Source of the DNA: the human T2T-CHM13v2.0 reference genome, Homo sapiens
Reading direction: 5' to 3' (one strand)
Length of the DNA: 64,000 nt
Assembly: GCF_009914755.1 (NCBI RefSeq)
Contig: NC_060931.1
In this document: in pieces, positions 1 through 15,134 of the stretch
Layout of the letters: each line of letters begins with the position of its first letter
How positions within the stretch are numbered: the first letter of the stretch is position 1
Program-made: the position numbers and the translations under genes
Notes under the pieces: generated by a model
Database searches by the model: none
Told to the model about the DNA's origin: nothing
Seen by the model: only the letters and a program-made list of their open reading frames with translations

Positions 1-129
1 CTGCAGTTTTCCAGCTAATGCATTTCAAAGATACATTTAAAAACCACAAAAACCAAATCAGAAAAGAAGTGGCGAGGAGGGGCAAAAGAAAGTTAAGAAG
101 TAACTGGAAATGAAACATACACTGCAGAT

Positions 130-290
130 GCCTTTATGTGCATCACCTCCTGTGATTCGCAGCAATTCTTTAACAGAGATATTGTTATTGTGCCTTTTTT
201 ACAGATGAGAAAATAAAAGGTCACAGAGGTTAAATTACTTACTCAGGGTAACAGCCTGGGCACACAGACTTCAAATTCTAGACAGGCAAC
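130..290 (-). mobile_element. MIR SINE fragment
   Basis: ttttacagatgagaaaa...gaggttaaattacttactcagggt = reverse MIR core. Confidence 0.75.
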
Positions 291-473
291 CTTCAACAGG
301 CAATTTGTGGCCACCTGAATCGGGGCAGAGCGGTCAGGGTGACAGACACTTGTAGGCTGGCTTCCTGCCATTGCCCCCTTTTTGTTCCTTTAGGAGTCTC
401 TGTTTTCACGTAATTGTGAGTGTGACATTGTGTCACAGATTGCAGTTACCCAGCAGCAGAAGGAATGGAGGAA

Positions 474-499
474 GTGTGTGTGTGTGTGTGTGTGTGTGT
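474..499. repeat. (GT)13 microsatellite
   Basis: Seen directly. Confidence 0.97.
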
Positions 500-2104
500 C
501 TAAGAACATACAGTTATAAGAACAGGGGAAAGCCAGCTGGTCTAGCCTGGCAACGCTCTTTTTAGGAGACTTATTGTTCAGAAACCATATAGTACAGGTT
601 GCGAGTTTGCAGTCACTCCAACACATACACAAAGAATAAAGAATATAACCTAGGAAAGATCCGAGAAAACAAAATGTGATTAACAGTAGAGGGAAACATA
701 GAATTTTCACCAGGATGGCAGTCAACTTTTTTACATTCTAGAATTTATAAATATGTTTATTAATGTTGAAGTTTTTAAAAAAGAAACCTACACAAATAAC
801 TCAGCAAAAGGAAGGAAATGTGTTTTCTAGCAAATGTGTTATAAATATTTAATATATATGAACTTTGGTGCAGAAATATTTGAAACATTAGGGTACAGTA
901 GCCTTAAATCTACGGAGAAATCCTGAGAACTTTGTCCTGATGTGTGGTCTTCTAGTGATTTTATTTTTCTGCCTAATATTCCGAACTTAAAGAGGTAGAA
1001 ACGTCTTTGTTTTACCACCAGTTTCAAGTTGCAGAGTTGAATGTTTGTCTTAGGAAGTTTTGGTGTAAAGAACGTGGGTTAAGGGGAGCAATTTAGAAAT
1101 AGCTCTGGGTGAGTCCCCTCAGCCCAGTGCCATCGAGCATGGTTCTGCATCACAAAGTTATCTTTAGGCAAGTTTGCCTTGTCACAGTGGTGCTTCTGCC
1201 ATCTGGCTGCTGGAATATTTAGAAAAGAATCGTAATGTTTGACTGACTTTGCCGACAGCATGACAAAACAAACTTCGAGGGGAACTATTAAATATGAGTT
1301 AGGGTTGGTGAGAAAGTGATTAATTGCTTTTTATTTAGCCACTGTACAAAACCGAAGAGGCATGCCTTTCCCCAGCCGATGCTGGGCAGGGGCAGCACAC
1401 GTGTTTTCTCACTGGCTTCAGCCAGTAGGGCACTTGAAACTCCCCTTTTGCAATTCTAGCTGCGTCTTTCCTTAGACCTGTTCAAGAGGGAACCCGACCA
1501 TTATGCAGCAGGGGAATTGTGTAGTGAACTGCGGTGTTCAAGTGCCAAGGAGGTAAACTAAAGCAGAGTAAACGTGACAAAAATGCCCAGCGGGCATTAT
1601 GTGGGCCAGGCACTGTGGAGGAAGATTTTCAAGTGCATCTTGAAGGAATGTTCATCCTATGTGGGTGGTGTTTTCCAGCTAACACCGCATCTAGGATGGT
1701 GGCATCCAGGAGAGAGTGCCAGGCCTGCGCATGGACTGTGAGAGTCAGCTCTTGGTTAGCTAGGAGGAGGCAGTAGCCAGTCTCAGTGCTTGAGTTTCTG
1801 AGGACGTGTGTCTGTGTGAGTACACATGTGTGTCTGAGCAAGGTGCCCAGGTTGCCATCCACTGTTCCTTAAGAGCTAATGACTAGCTAGCCCTGCCCGG
1901 GGCTAGGCTAAGAGCTTTATATGTAGGACATCACTACAGCAGCCCTATAGGGAGCTGATTCTTCATACTCCTTTATCAAAGGGGAGACAGAAGCCGAAGG
2001 CTGACTTACTCTCAGAATGATCATGTTGCACCCTGCTGTGGTCTTTTATCAACCCGCTCATAACCCCAAGGTGTCCCCAACCTACCTGACTCTCTCTTAT
2101 TGCA

Positions 2105-2281
2105 CCTGAGCTCCTGGAAGGCAGGAACTGTGTTCATCTCCATTCCCAGCATAGCACCCGCCCCATGCCTGGCAAGTGAGGGGTACTCCCTAAAGGTTGT
2201 TGAATGAATTAAAGGACTGTGTAAGTGGAGGAATCAGTAATTGTGTGAGTGAATGAATGAATGAATGAATGAATGAATGAA
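2105..2281 (+). mobile_element. L2 3' end with (TGAA)n tail
   Basis: gagctcctggaaggcaggaactgtg...tgcctggca...ttgttgaatgaat, (TGAA)n at ~2250-2281. Confidence 0.75.
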
Positions 2282-2549
2282 TATCTGGAAGTATGTTCCA
2301 AGATCAAAAGACAATTATTTGTTGTGTTTTATCTGTTGTTTTAACTTTCACTGTCTCATTCCCTTTTGTTAATATGGCTCCATCAGGCATAACTGTATGG
2401 ATGAGATTTCCAATAGTTATCTCCTTTAGGGCTCAGCCTATAAAATCAAAAAGCCTCTGCTTCTTTAAGAAATTATTTATTCTTTTGTATAACTTATGTA
2501 AGTCAGAATCCCTGGACTATTTTGCATGAATCTTACATGCATCATTTAT

Positions 2550-3029
2550 TTGCTGTATGATCTTGGACAAATTACTTAACCTCTCTGTGTTTTGGTTTTC
2601 TCATCTAGAAAATGAGGATAATAATAGTATTTATCTCATGTTTAAGGCTAATAAGATAGATTTATTCTGTTTTTTTGTTTTTTGATAGGGTCTTGCTCTG
2701 TTGCCCAAGCTGGAGTGCAGTGGTTTGATCACAGCTCACTACTGCCTCCAACTCCCACACTCAAGTGATCCTCCCACCTCAGCCTGCTGAGGAATTGGAA
2801 CTACAGGCACGTGCCACCATGCCCGGCTAATTTTTTTTTATTTTTTGTAGAGACAGGATCTGACTATACTGCCCAGGCTGGTCTCAAACTCCTGGATTTA
2901 AGCGATCCTCCTGCCTCAGCCTCCCAAAGTGCTGGGATTACAGACATGATCTGCCTTGCCCAGCCATAAGATAGATTTGGTACTTAGGACAGTGCCTCAT
3001 TCATAGCAATGTTCAGTCAATTAGCCATT

Positions 3030-3030
<1 letters not shown>
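2550..3030 (+). mobile_element. MIR split by an Alu insertion
   Basis: MIR core before the Alu and cttaggacagtgcc tail after it. Confidence 0.7.
2664..2965 (-). mobile_element. AluJ-type, full length, TSD ATAAGATAGATTT
   Basis: Alu dimer; 13-bp TSD at 2651-2663 and 2966-2978. Confidence 0.93.

Positions 3031-3070
<40 letters not shown>
3030..3070. repeat. (ATG)13 trinucleotide microsatellite
   Basis: Seen directly. Confidence 0.97.
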
Positions 3071-4029
3071 CTGATGCTTTTAAAAATTGTTTGCCTTAAA
3101 TGTTCCGTGTTCCATAAAGTGTTCAAGGAGTTTACAAAAATAGCAAACAACATAAAATTAATAGATAATGAAACTGAGGTAAAGGGAACACACGGGTTAG
3201 AAAGTGAGATAAAATCAGAGGTAATTTACAGAACCAGAATAGATCATAAGTTGTGGATAGTTTCCAGAGGTGGGAGTAAAAATTTGCCAGAGCTTCCCAG
3301 CAGCCAAAACAAAAAAGAAAACATAAATAGTTACCTGATCCACAGTGACCATGAGATAAAAACAGATTGGTTACACAGCTTTTCCTGGTCCTGAAACCTG
3401 GGATAACTTTCTCCTGGCAGGTGTTCAATGCACTCACTGTTGCCATAGAGACCTAAGTCTTCAACATCATCCCTGCCATAAAGACAATGGAAGTGCTGTG
3501 GTAGAAGGCAAAAGTAAGTGTTTCCTAGAACTTTATTGACTGCAGTTCCGGAGACATAATCCCACACAGCTCAGTAAAAGCTCTTTGCAGGGCCAAAATG
3601 CTGTGGTTCAGGGACATTCTGTATTCTTAGCTATGCTTACTGAGTGCCTGGAAGAGCCAGAGCCTTCCTTCCAAAGATTGTAATTCTTATGAGAGTCAGG
3701 TAGTGAACAGTCTCATCTTTAAGAACTTTGGCTCTGGCTGAAGCCATTTAAATGAGCCAAATCAGTTTACCTCATCCAGGAAAAGTCCAAAGGGTGTCAT
3801 TGTGCACATGTGCTCATTAACAGATGATTATGTATTTATGAATTTTCTTAATACCAGCAGTCCATAATTTCCCTTTAGCTGAAAATTTTTATTACCTACT
3901 TGGAAAAAGAAAAATCCAGTGCTAGAAAGCATAAATATTTTATTTTTTAAACATTTTTTATTATTGAAATAATAGTGCTCATGTCTTTTAAGCTCCCCAC
4001 TCCCGTATATATATCCAGATGTGAATTGT

Positions 4030-4560
4030 AGCAGCTGCCAAAGTAAACAAAACCAAACCAGTGCACACACCCAAATCTGGCTTACATGGATTTGTTTATT
4101 TGTCTTGTGGAATTAGACTCCTAAGAAAGGCAGTCTGGGGCCTGTGCAGGAGCTATCTGAGACCAGTATCCATCCATCTTCCTGCTTCACCACACTTAGC
4201 CTATAGGACTTCATCCTAAATCTGGTTGCCTCATGATGACGATATGGCTGCAGTATCTCTAGGCTTCCATCTGCAGTCTAGGCAAGAAGACAAGGAAGGT
4301 GCAAATAGATAAAGGAATTAATGTCCTTCTATTAGTGAGGTTTTACCTTTTTATTCAGGAAGTGATGCACTCCCTAGGACTTCCACCTGCATCTCATTGG
4401 CCAGAACAGTGTCACAGGGTTGTTCTAAATATATTAGAGTCTGATAAATCAAATATTTTTAGCTGGGTAAATTGCAACCCCATCACTCAAATTAGGGCTT
4501 CTGCTGTGAGGAAGAAGAGGGAATGGTTATTGAGTAGGCAGCTAGCAGTATCAGCCACCT
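4030..4560 (-). mobile_element. MLT1 (MLT1K-like) MaLR LTR
   Basis: tctcattggccagaac...tttagctggg...gaagaagagggaatggttattgagtaggcagctagcag motifs. Confidence 0.7.
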
Positions 4561-4719
4561 GACTGACTTCCATTATTAGCCATGTGTCTGACTTAATTAG
4601 AAATTACAGAAGGTGACTCAGTAATTTTAAATGTTGTACTCTTCTAGATCTTCATGGAATTAGTGTTAGAGAATGAAATGCACCCAACTGCCTGTGTAAA
4701 GATTCCTAAATCGCTATTG

Positions 4720-5290
4720 TCAGCCTTGCTTCTTCTCTAAATTTCAGATCTGAATTTCCATTTGCCAAAAGCACCTCAAACTCAAAATGTTTCGAATTAA
4801 AATCTATTCTCTCTGCTCATTGACCACCGCTTCCCACTCTCTCCTCCGTCTCGTTTAACACTACATTGTCTTGACCACCAAGGACCCAAGGGGTCACCCC
4901 AGGCTCTTTCTTCTTCCCCATCCCAGACATCCAATCTGATTTCCTCCTTGGCTCTATCCCATTGCCATTACTCTGATTTAAATAAATACCCATCCTTACT
5001 CATGTGGGTCCCCAAATTGATATACCTGTTTGCTCCTTCCTCTCCCTACAATTCAGTTTCCACACATAGCCCCACGGTGCTGTTTTTAGAACACAGATGT
5101 CTAACAACATCTTTCCTCTCTTTAAAAACCTACAAAATAAGGTCCAAAAGCCCAGCATTTGACAGCCTGGCATTGTGAGCTTCCTGCCACAACCCCCAAG
5201 CCACAGCACCCATGCACTCACACAGGGCAGGACTCTGCTCATACCCGCCCCTGCTTCAGTCATGGAAGACCTGGCTCAGACATTTCTTTC
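4720..5290 (+). mobile_element. L2 fragment
   Basis: gcacctcaaactcaaaatgt and other degraded L2 3'-region motifs. Confidence 0.6.
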
Positions 5291-5434
5291 TGACACTTTA
5301 CTTGTCCGTAACTTATGGCACAATTAAGTAAATTTTCATGTATGCTTCCAAACTATTTTATATTTCTATTCATATTTTTTGCCCTGGATTCTTTTTTCCT
5401 GATATTAATAATGCTACAGCAGTTTTTTTCTTAA

Positions 5435-5960
<526 letters not shown>

Positions 5961-6329
5961 TAAATGTAATAACCTGCTTACGGTTATTATGATTACTCAT
6001 ATATTGGAACTTATTTTGTGTTTTTTTGTATACCCTGTGCTTTATTATTACTTCTTTTTTTCCCTTCCTTTTCTGCCTTCTACAAAAGTGCCTGGCACAT
6101 AGTAACCTTCAGTAAGTGTTACAAGCTATCATTTGTGGGCAGGAACCATGTAGCTATGGATTTATTTATCCATCAAACATTTATTGATTACCTGCTACTC
6201 GTGTTTATAGTTTTGTTGCATGGCTAGCTTAGTGTCTAACAGATAGAAGAAGCTCAGTACATATTTGCTGCATTGCATGGACTGTGCAGAGACTGATGTG
6301 CTTGTCGAAGGCTGGGGGAGTTGTGGAAA

Positions 6330-6560
6330 GCACACAGGCTTGGGATCAAATTCACTTGGGTTGGATCTGATTTTGTCACATCCTAGCTATTTGATCTTGG
6401 GTGATTACCTTATGTCTTTGAGCCTTCATTTCCTCATCTGTGAAATGGGGATGATAACATCTGTTGTGAAGAGTTGTTTTGGGGGACGAGAGATAGTTAT
6501 GTAAGTGACAATCAGAATTGCTAGTGTAGGGAATATGCTCAGTACATGTGAACTATTGTT
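6330..6560 (+). mobile_element. MIR
   Basis: ttcctcatctgtgaaatggggatgataa core. Confidence 0.8.
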
Positions 6561-6949
6561 TTTCTCAGTGAACTGTTTAACTGAGCACCCTCCCAACCAT
6601 GTACATCAGTATTGAAACACCAACCATGACTGCCCAGGGAATAAAGGTGTAGTCAAAAATGAAACTGGCCCCTTTCCTATGTGGCTGATGTAAGTTATTA
6701 CCGCCCTATTAGAGGAGGGGACATTTTCCCCTCACATGGTAGAACCAAGGAAAACAACCAAAAGTGTACTTTCTTCTTCCTTTTAACAATAGGAGTCGAT
6801 TTTAAGTCTCCGATGTCCCTTAAAGCTTCCGTTTATTCTAACACTTGTTTAAACGTTTCAATGAAACATTTTTGTTTCAGTCATGCTTCTCTCCAGGGAT
6901 TCAGAGAAAAAATAAAGTAGCGTCAGAAATAGGTAAGACAACTACCTAG

Positions 6950-7025
6950 AAAAAGAGAAGCTTAGCAAGCTTGAAGACAGGCTATTTGGAAATACACAGT
7001 CAGAGGAGACAAAAGGAAAAAAAAA
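6950..7025 (+). mobile_element. Isolated L1 ORF1 internal fragment (L1M/L1PB type)
   Basis: Translates EKLSKLEDRLFGNTQSEETKGK, resembling the ORF1p coiled-coil RISELEDRLFENTQSEE. Confidence 0.7.
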
Positions 7026-8075
7026 CAGTAAGACAAGACAAGCAAGCAACCATTTTTCCTGAGTTTCAAATTCCCTTTCCCCACATTTTAAAAGCTTTTG
7101 CTCGACTCTTTGTTGCTGTTGTTCTGGTTTTCACCCAAATGTGTATGTCTTGAGGTTAGAAATTTGCCTGCGGACATAGAAGGAAGGCTAAAGAGTAGCC
7201 AGGGTTTATGCCTTTTGTTGTCCTTCCTGGCATGCATGGATGCTCAGTGAGTTTTAAGGGATGGTGTTTGATCTGCACTCATTTTGACAGTATCCGTATG
7301 AATTACATGTATCTAAAAAAGACGAGCCAAGATACCTGTCCATAGGATCTAGGGATGCAGTATTTTGTGGCTAGGGGAACAGAGCCCCCACGTGTTATTT
7401 CAGACATGTGCACCTTCTCACCAGCATGCTTGTGTTCTCACAGTTAATAAATGACAGGGTCTGCTACAGCTGGAACCAACTTAAAATTATCCATGCCTAA
7501 TAGAGCATCATGTCTTAAAACCATTCCTTGTTGTGTGTTAACCGTGTGATAACAGAAGAATTAAACTGTAGGGGTTATGACTGGTTTGGGGAGAATTATT
7601 TTATTCTGCTCTTGCCTATTTTCCTAGTGCACCTGGTCAGTCGCCTCTAACTTGTGGATGGCTGTGGTGGTGATTTCAGCTGTCCCAGGAAGTCTGTGTG
7701 CAAGGCCAGCACAGCAAATCCCACCCTTAGTGCTGAGTCCTACTCTCGATGGCTCCAGCAGCTGCTCCTTTAGACCAAATCGTCAAGACCATTTTAATCT
7801 TTTTCTTTATTTGTATTTGCCTTTGAGGTGTAAAGAGATCTCCTAATTCGGATAGTTCAAAATACTTTTAAAAATACTTCTTCACAGTTGTCCCAAATAA
7901 AGTGTTTCTCTGAGGTGGTAATCCTGAACTTTTGCTTATTAATTTTTTGAATAAGGAATAATGCACATGACACTTCAAAAAGTATAAAAAGGATGTTCAC
8001 TGTAAAATATTTCCTGTACTCTATCCTCAGACCACCTAGTTATGCATTCTTCCAGAGAAAAGGCATACTCGTTCT

Positions 8076-8402
8076 TTTATTATTATTATTATTATCATCA
8101 TCATCATCATCATCATTTTTTTAGAGACAGAGTCTCTCTCTGTTGCCCAGCTGGAGTGCAGTGGCCTGCCTGATTATGGCTCACTGCAGACTCCATCTCC
8201 TGAGCTCAAGCCTCAGCCTCCTGAGTAGCTGGGACTACAAGTACACCAGCTAATTTTTATTTTTATTTTATTTTATTTTATTTTTTAGTAGAGATAGGGA
8301 CCTGCTTTGTTGCCCAGGCTGGTCTTGAATGTTAGGCCTCAAGTAATCCTGCCCCTGCTTTCCAAAGTGCGGGATTACAGGTATGAGCTGCCCTGCCCAG
8401 CT
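8076..8402 (-). mobile_element. AluJ with tail converted to a compound (TTA)n(TCA)n microsatellite
   Basis: Alu dimer; tail 8076-8122. Confidence 0.9.
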
Positions 8403-9946
8403 GCAAACTCATTCTATATACATTTTCTGCTGCCTGCTTTTTTCACATAACACAATGTGGAGATCATTCCAGGTTCATACATACAGGGCTGCCATATTCT
8501 TTGTGACAGCTACCTAGTGTGTCAGTATAATGTATGAACCATAATTTAATAATTAGTTTTCAGTTGACAGGTATATACACTATTTCCAGCCTTTTCCTAT
8601 TAAAACAAATGCTGCAAGTTTTGTCACTGTACAAATTATTTCTCACACGTGAGAAAGATCAGTAAGATAAATTCCTAGAATTGAAATGTGAATTTTTAAA
8701 TGTTGCTACATTTTCCCATTACCCTTCACAGAAGTTGTACAAATTTATATTCCTACCAATAATTGTCTGATTCCCTGCACTCTCTCCAACACATACATAT
8801 CAAACTTTTTATCTTTGCCAATTTGATAGGTGAAAATGGTATCTGATTGTGGTTTTGACTTGCATTTTCTCATTAGGAATAACATTGAGGGTCTTTGAAT
8901 GTGTTTAATTGCCATATATGTTTCCTTATGTGTGAACTGTTTAGGCCTATTTGTGTATTTTCTATCGGGTTATTGATTTTTATTGTAGGAACACCTTATA
9001 GAGAAGATAAAACAGCCATTTTACTATAATTTTTATTTTACTGTAATTTCCCCCAGTTTATAATATGACTTATTTTAATGTAATTTCCCTGCAATTTGTA
9101 GTATGACTGGGCTTTATTTAATGTGGTTTTATGTATATAGATATGTATTTATTGCTTTGCAGAAACCTTTTCTTCTATACATTTTAGAAAGGTCTTTCTG
9201 ACTTGTAGATTTTAAAAATTCTCTCATATTTTTAGTATGATTATAATTTCCTTTTTTAGAAATTAAAAATTTGATTCCTTGCAATTTAATGTAAGGCATG
9301 AGATCCTTACATTGTTAGCTAACTTAATTTTTTTCCAGATTACTACCCAATTTACTCAATACTTTTTGTTGAATAACTTATCTTTTCCCCACTGATATCC
9401 AATGTCTTTCTTTTTTTAAAATAATAACCAAAATTTCCAAAAATACCTAGGTCAATTTCCAGGCTCTCAGGTCTATTACCATTACTGATTCTCCATATAG
9501 CAATATCAAATGGTTTTAATGAATATGGCTTTATTATTTGTTTATTATCCAATGATTTTATTTTTCCATGTAAACTTTGAAATCACCTTGAGTAGTTATA
9601 AAAAGCAAACAAGTTAGTATTTTCATTATGATCACCTTAAATTTATACATTAATATAGAGAAAAATCAACTTTTGTATGATATTTAGTCTTCCTACCCAA
9701 GACTATAGTGTGTTTTTCCACGTCTTCACTGTTTCTCAGTAATGTTTTGAAGTTTTATTTCATGTCTTTGCATATTTTGTTAAGTTTATGCTTAGGTATA
9801 CTTTTTTAAAGTTGCTATTGTGAACACAATTATTTCTTCACAGTACTTTCTGGCAGTTATTGTTTATATACAGGGATACTTTTTGGAGTTTATTGGTTTG
9901 GAAGAGCTACCTTTTTAAATTATCTTATTAATTAAAATAATTTTCC

Positions 9947-10240
<294 letters not shown>

Positions 10241-13027
10241 TTAAAATAAAAAATAAAAATAATTAAAATAATTAAATTATTTGATTTAATTCTATAAATT
10301 AAAATTATATAATATTATATATAATATGTATACTTATTTAATTTAATTATATAAAATTAAGATAATTTTTCCGTGGAGTCTGTTAGGTTTTCCATATATA
10401 TTGCCATATTATTTGGGGGGAAAACATGATAATTGAGCCTCCTTCTTTTCAACTATTATACAATTTAGTTCTTTCTTTTATCTAATTGAATTGACTACTA
10501 GCTGTAGGATAATGATAACTAGTAGTGACAATAGTGGACATGCTTGTCTTGTTCCTGACTTTAATTGGAATTTGTTTAGTCTTTCTCCATTTGCCATAAT
10601 GTATTTTGAGTTATGTTATAGATATTTAGAGGCAGCTATGGAGATGATTGTATGATTTTCCTGTTTTATGCCCCTGCTATAGTGAGTCATATCAGTAGGT
10701 TTTTTAGCATTAAAACATCTTTGCATTTAAACCCTACTTGGTTGGCGTGTATTATTTTTAGTGTGTTGCTGAATTCTGTTCATTTATGCTTATTATTTTC
10801 TTCCTCCATATTCATAAATGAGATTGGTCAGTAGTTTTCTTTTTTTATTTGTTCTATTCTTTCTCAGGTTTGGATCTGACTGCTAAGTGGTAATTAACTG
10901 CTTCTTAGAGGTTGGGCAGAATTCAGCCATCTATCTTTCACACTTCTTGGTGGTGGATCTTTGACAACTTTCACTATTTCTTCTCTTTAGATGTTCTCTC
11001 TTGTCTTGGTCACTTGATTAACTCATGTTTTCATATTCAACTCTTCATAATGGTTGTCTGTTTCAATTCAAGTTTTCAGATTTCTTTACCTAGATTTCAG
11101 CAAAATCTTTTAATGTCTTCTCTATCTATCATTATTTTCCCTGTCTCTTGTTTTATTTTGTGTATCTGTGCTTTCTCTTTCTCCCTCCCCTCATTTGGTT
11201 AAGGTAAGATGGTTACTTATTTTATTGTTTTTTGTTTTTCAGAGACTAAGCTTTTAGATATATTCATTTAAACATTTATCTTTTTCCTAATTCCTAAATA
11301 TCTGGTTTCAAAAATTCACAAATAAATGTTAATTCCTTCCCTTCTGCTTCCTTTAGGTTCATATTATTGTTACTCATGTTTCTTGAGAGTTTTTTATTCC
11401 TTGTTTTATAAATATGTTTACTTACAGCTATGATTTTTGCTCTGAATTTTTCATTAGCTGCATTCCATAGGTTCTGATATGCAATGTTTTCATTATCCTT
11501 ATTTTCTCAGTACACATTAAGTTTGGTTTTCACATCTTTTTGTTCCAAGATCTGTTAAATAAAGTTTAAAAGTTTCTAAGTGATAGAATTTTAAAGTTTT
11601 CTTTGTATTTTTGTCATTTGATAGGATTGTGAACAGAAAATATTGTCTGTTCTGTTTCTACATTTTAGAATTTGTTGAGATTTTCTTTGCACTATTTACA
11701 GCTAATATATAGTCCCTTCTGTGGCTAGTTTAGGGACACTTTAATATGTGTCTTCTATATTTAGAATGTATAGTCATATATTTCCCCGTACCTTGCAATT
11801 ATTTTATTTATATATTTTAAAACCTTACTTTTTTGATCCACTAAATATGATAAGGACAGAGAGAGAACCCATAAAAGTCTTGATCTGAATATACATTTGC
11901 CTTCCTTTCCTTGAATAATATCCTATAGCTTTGCTTTATTAATTTTGTTACTGCTATTTGGAACATAGATATTCATGGCTGCTAACTCAAACTTTGTATA
12001 TTATTCCCTTTACCATTATAAAGAATCTTTCTTTGCCTTGTTTAATGGTTTTTATGGTGATTTGACTTTTCTCTGTTTCAAATCAGGTGTGTATCTTTTA
12101 CACAGTATATAGTTGAATTTGGTCCAGTTTGAGGGCTTTTTCTTTTAATATGTGAGCTCTGCCTATTTATGTGTATTGATATGGCAGATATGTTTGTTAT
12201 TATTTTTGTTATGTGTTCTGTTTTCTATTTTTTATTGCTTAATTTGCTTTTTTACATGATCTGTTTTTTTCCTTACTTTGTGCCCATGTAATTCATTTGG
12301 GAGATGTGTCCTATCTTTAGTTCTTCTAGCAATCCCCTTTATAATGATAATAATTCTCTGTTGTTGTTTCTTTTAATTTAGAGAGTATCCACTGATTCCC
12401 CAACAGAAATGATACTGAATATCCACTTCTTCCCACCTCCCATCTATCCCTTTCCAAACCTCCTTTCCACCATTCAATTCTAGTTGGTATAATCACTTTT
12501 TTTTAGTTTTTCCAAAACTAAACCTTTTAATATGCTTGACTTATACTCCTGTGAGAAATAGACGTGATTTATTCTCTTTAAAGATATTTTGATTTATTAA
12601 CTTTAAAGGTATTATGCTTGAGTATAATAGCTAAGGAATCAACATGCATATATCTCCCACTTTATCTTCCTTTTTACCTGATAACTTTTGCAAGTTACAT
12701 TTTTCCATTTTGCCATGATTAATAGTAGTTCCATTCCTTTCCGATAGCGTATTTCCATAGCTGTTTCAGTCTTGATTCAGCAGTTAATTCAATACTTACT
12801 GCCATTTCTTTGTCCCCACTTTCTCTCCTCAACTCTTGATTAGCTGACATTTTTCCTACAGTGGTATCTTCAATACAAATTCAAGAAACACACATTTTGC
12901 ATGTTTAAAAACATTTGCCACTTGCCTTCTTACTACAATGACAGTTTGGCTGGATATAAACTTTTAGGTCACACATTGTTTCTCTGGGATATGATGGCAT
13001 GGCTAATATGTCTCCAAAACTATATGA

Positions 13028-13365
<338 letters not shown>

Positions 13366-15048
13366 TTGTACCTTTAAATGTATAGAATTAAATCTTCCTT
13401 TTGAAAAGCTTTCTTAAATTATATGCTTGATATTATGTGTTTGAATATTTGTTCTCTTCCATTTGTTTATGTCTTTTACTCAGGAAAACCAGTTATCTTT
13501 TTCATTTGTCTTCCATATCTAGCAGTTTCTCTCTAATCCTTTCAAATTCTTTGTCCATTTACATTTCATTCTGCTCATTTTTCTCAATCCTCCATGGTAC
13601 TCAGTGTGTTTTCAACAATACCTGTTTTCTTTGGGCTTCTTCTAGTGTGTTCTTCATTTTTCTCTTTTACTTCTGCCATGATATTTTTCATCCTCTATTA
13701 TTTTGCTAGATATTCTCAGAGTCCTTATCTCTTTTCTTTGATTCCTTGTTTTAAAGGGTTAATTATTTCATTAAATCCTTTAAGTTAATAATTGTATGTC
13801 TTGTCACAGTGTTTATCTGCTTTACAGCAGTATTTTTTCTAATAAATGTTCTTTACTTATCATCGTTCTTTTCCTATTCCTTTCCTTACTTTTTTCTTAG
13901 TTTTTTTTTTTTTTTTTTTTTTGGTATAGATCTTATACTGGTTCTCTTTTTCATTATTCATCTTAAAATGAGGTCAACTCTTCTTGGACCAACTATTTTC
14001 AGATTTACTTGAGGAAATGACCATGGCAAGTTCTAGACCAGCAAGAATTCTTTTTGGCTTAGGGAGGAACTCCTTATGACACAGAGAGAGAGAAGTATGT
14101 GTGTTATAAGACTCATTGAAATGCACATTTGCATCTGTGCCTGCAAATAATTTTGGACCCTCCTTTCCCCAGCCGGTAGAGGTGGGTAGCTTTGAGGCTG
14201 CCCAAGATTCACTGTCTTCTTGGCCTACCTCATTCCTAGAATGTCCCTACAGAAATGCCTTGCCTTTGCCATCTTCTCTGCTCCCTGGTGGGTCTAGGGT
14301 CTAAGATCAGTTCTGCTGCCATCCTACACACCCTTTTCCATTATTCTAAACGAGAGTTGATGGGTTTTCTTTGCCAAGGAGCTAGTGTTTCCCACTTTGG
14401 AGAGCAGGGCTCTGCAGGCTTTGTCTGAGGCTTACAGCCACAAATGTATCGTCTACAGCATATCCACAACCCGTGTCAGATCATCCTGAGCAATGAACCG
14501 TCCTGTCTCATTCATTAAAGTGCAGAGTTACGGAGATATAGTTTTACCAAAGAAAATTTTCTTTTTCTTTGTTATCTTGAGATGATTTCCAAGAAAAGGA
14601 AGAAACAGATATTTTTACCGTCTTAAAACCGGAAGACCTTCTTGAACTTTATTTTGAAAAGTGAGTTTTTTAATCTAAAAATCTAAAAGCAAGCTGCCTC
14701 CTCTCTGCTGCAGTTTAGTGAGACCACTTCCATTTCCAAGAAGCCACCATATCCTTACTTTAAAAAATTACATTTGGAAAAACTTTGTTTTTTGGACAGG
14801 ATCATATGCAATTTTAAATTTCTTTATTATTTATCTCAAAGCAGTACTCCTTTGCTCCTCATATTTATACAACTTAGGAAAGAAGAAACATTCTACCTTT
14901 TTCTTGAACAAATAGATGGGAATTAAAGCCAGAACTAGAAACCAGTTTTCCCAGCTATTAAATGATTTCTCTTTGATTGCCTTGCTTTTTGTCATGCCAG
15001 AGAAGCCTTTTCTAGTGTGCACTGTAAGCTTTGAGAACCCAACATTCA

Positions 15049-15134
15049 TTTTTTTTTTAGATGGAGTGTCACTCTGTCACCCAGGCTGGAGTGCAGTGGC
15101 ACGATTTCGGCTCACTGCAACCTCCGTCTCCTGG
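15049..15134 (-). mobile_element. Severely 5'-truncated Alu (about 86 bp) with 16-bp TSD
   Basis: GAGAACCCAACATTCA at 15033-15048 and 15135-15150. Confidence 0.92.
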
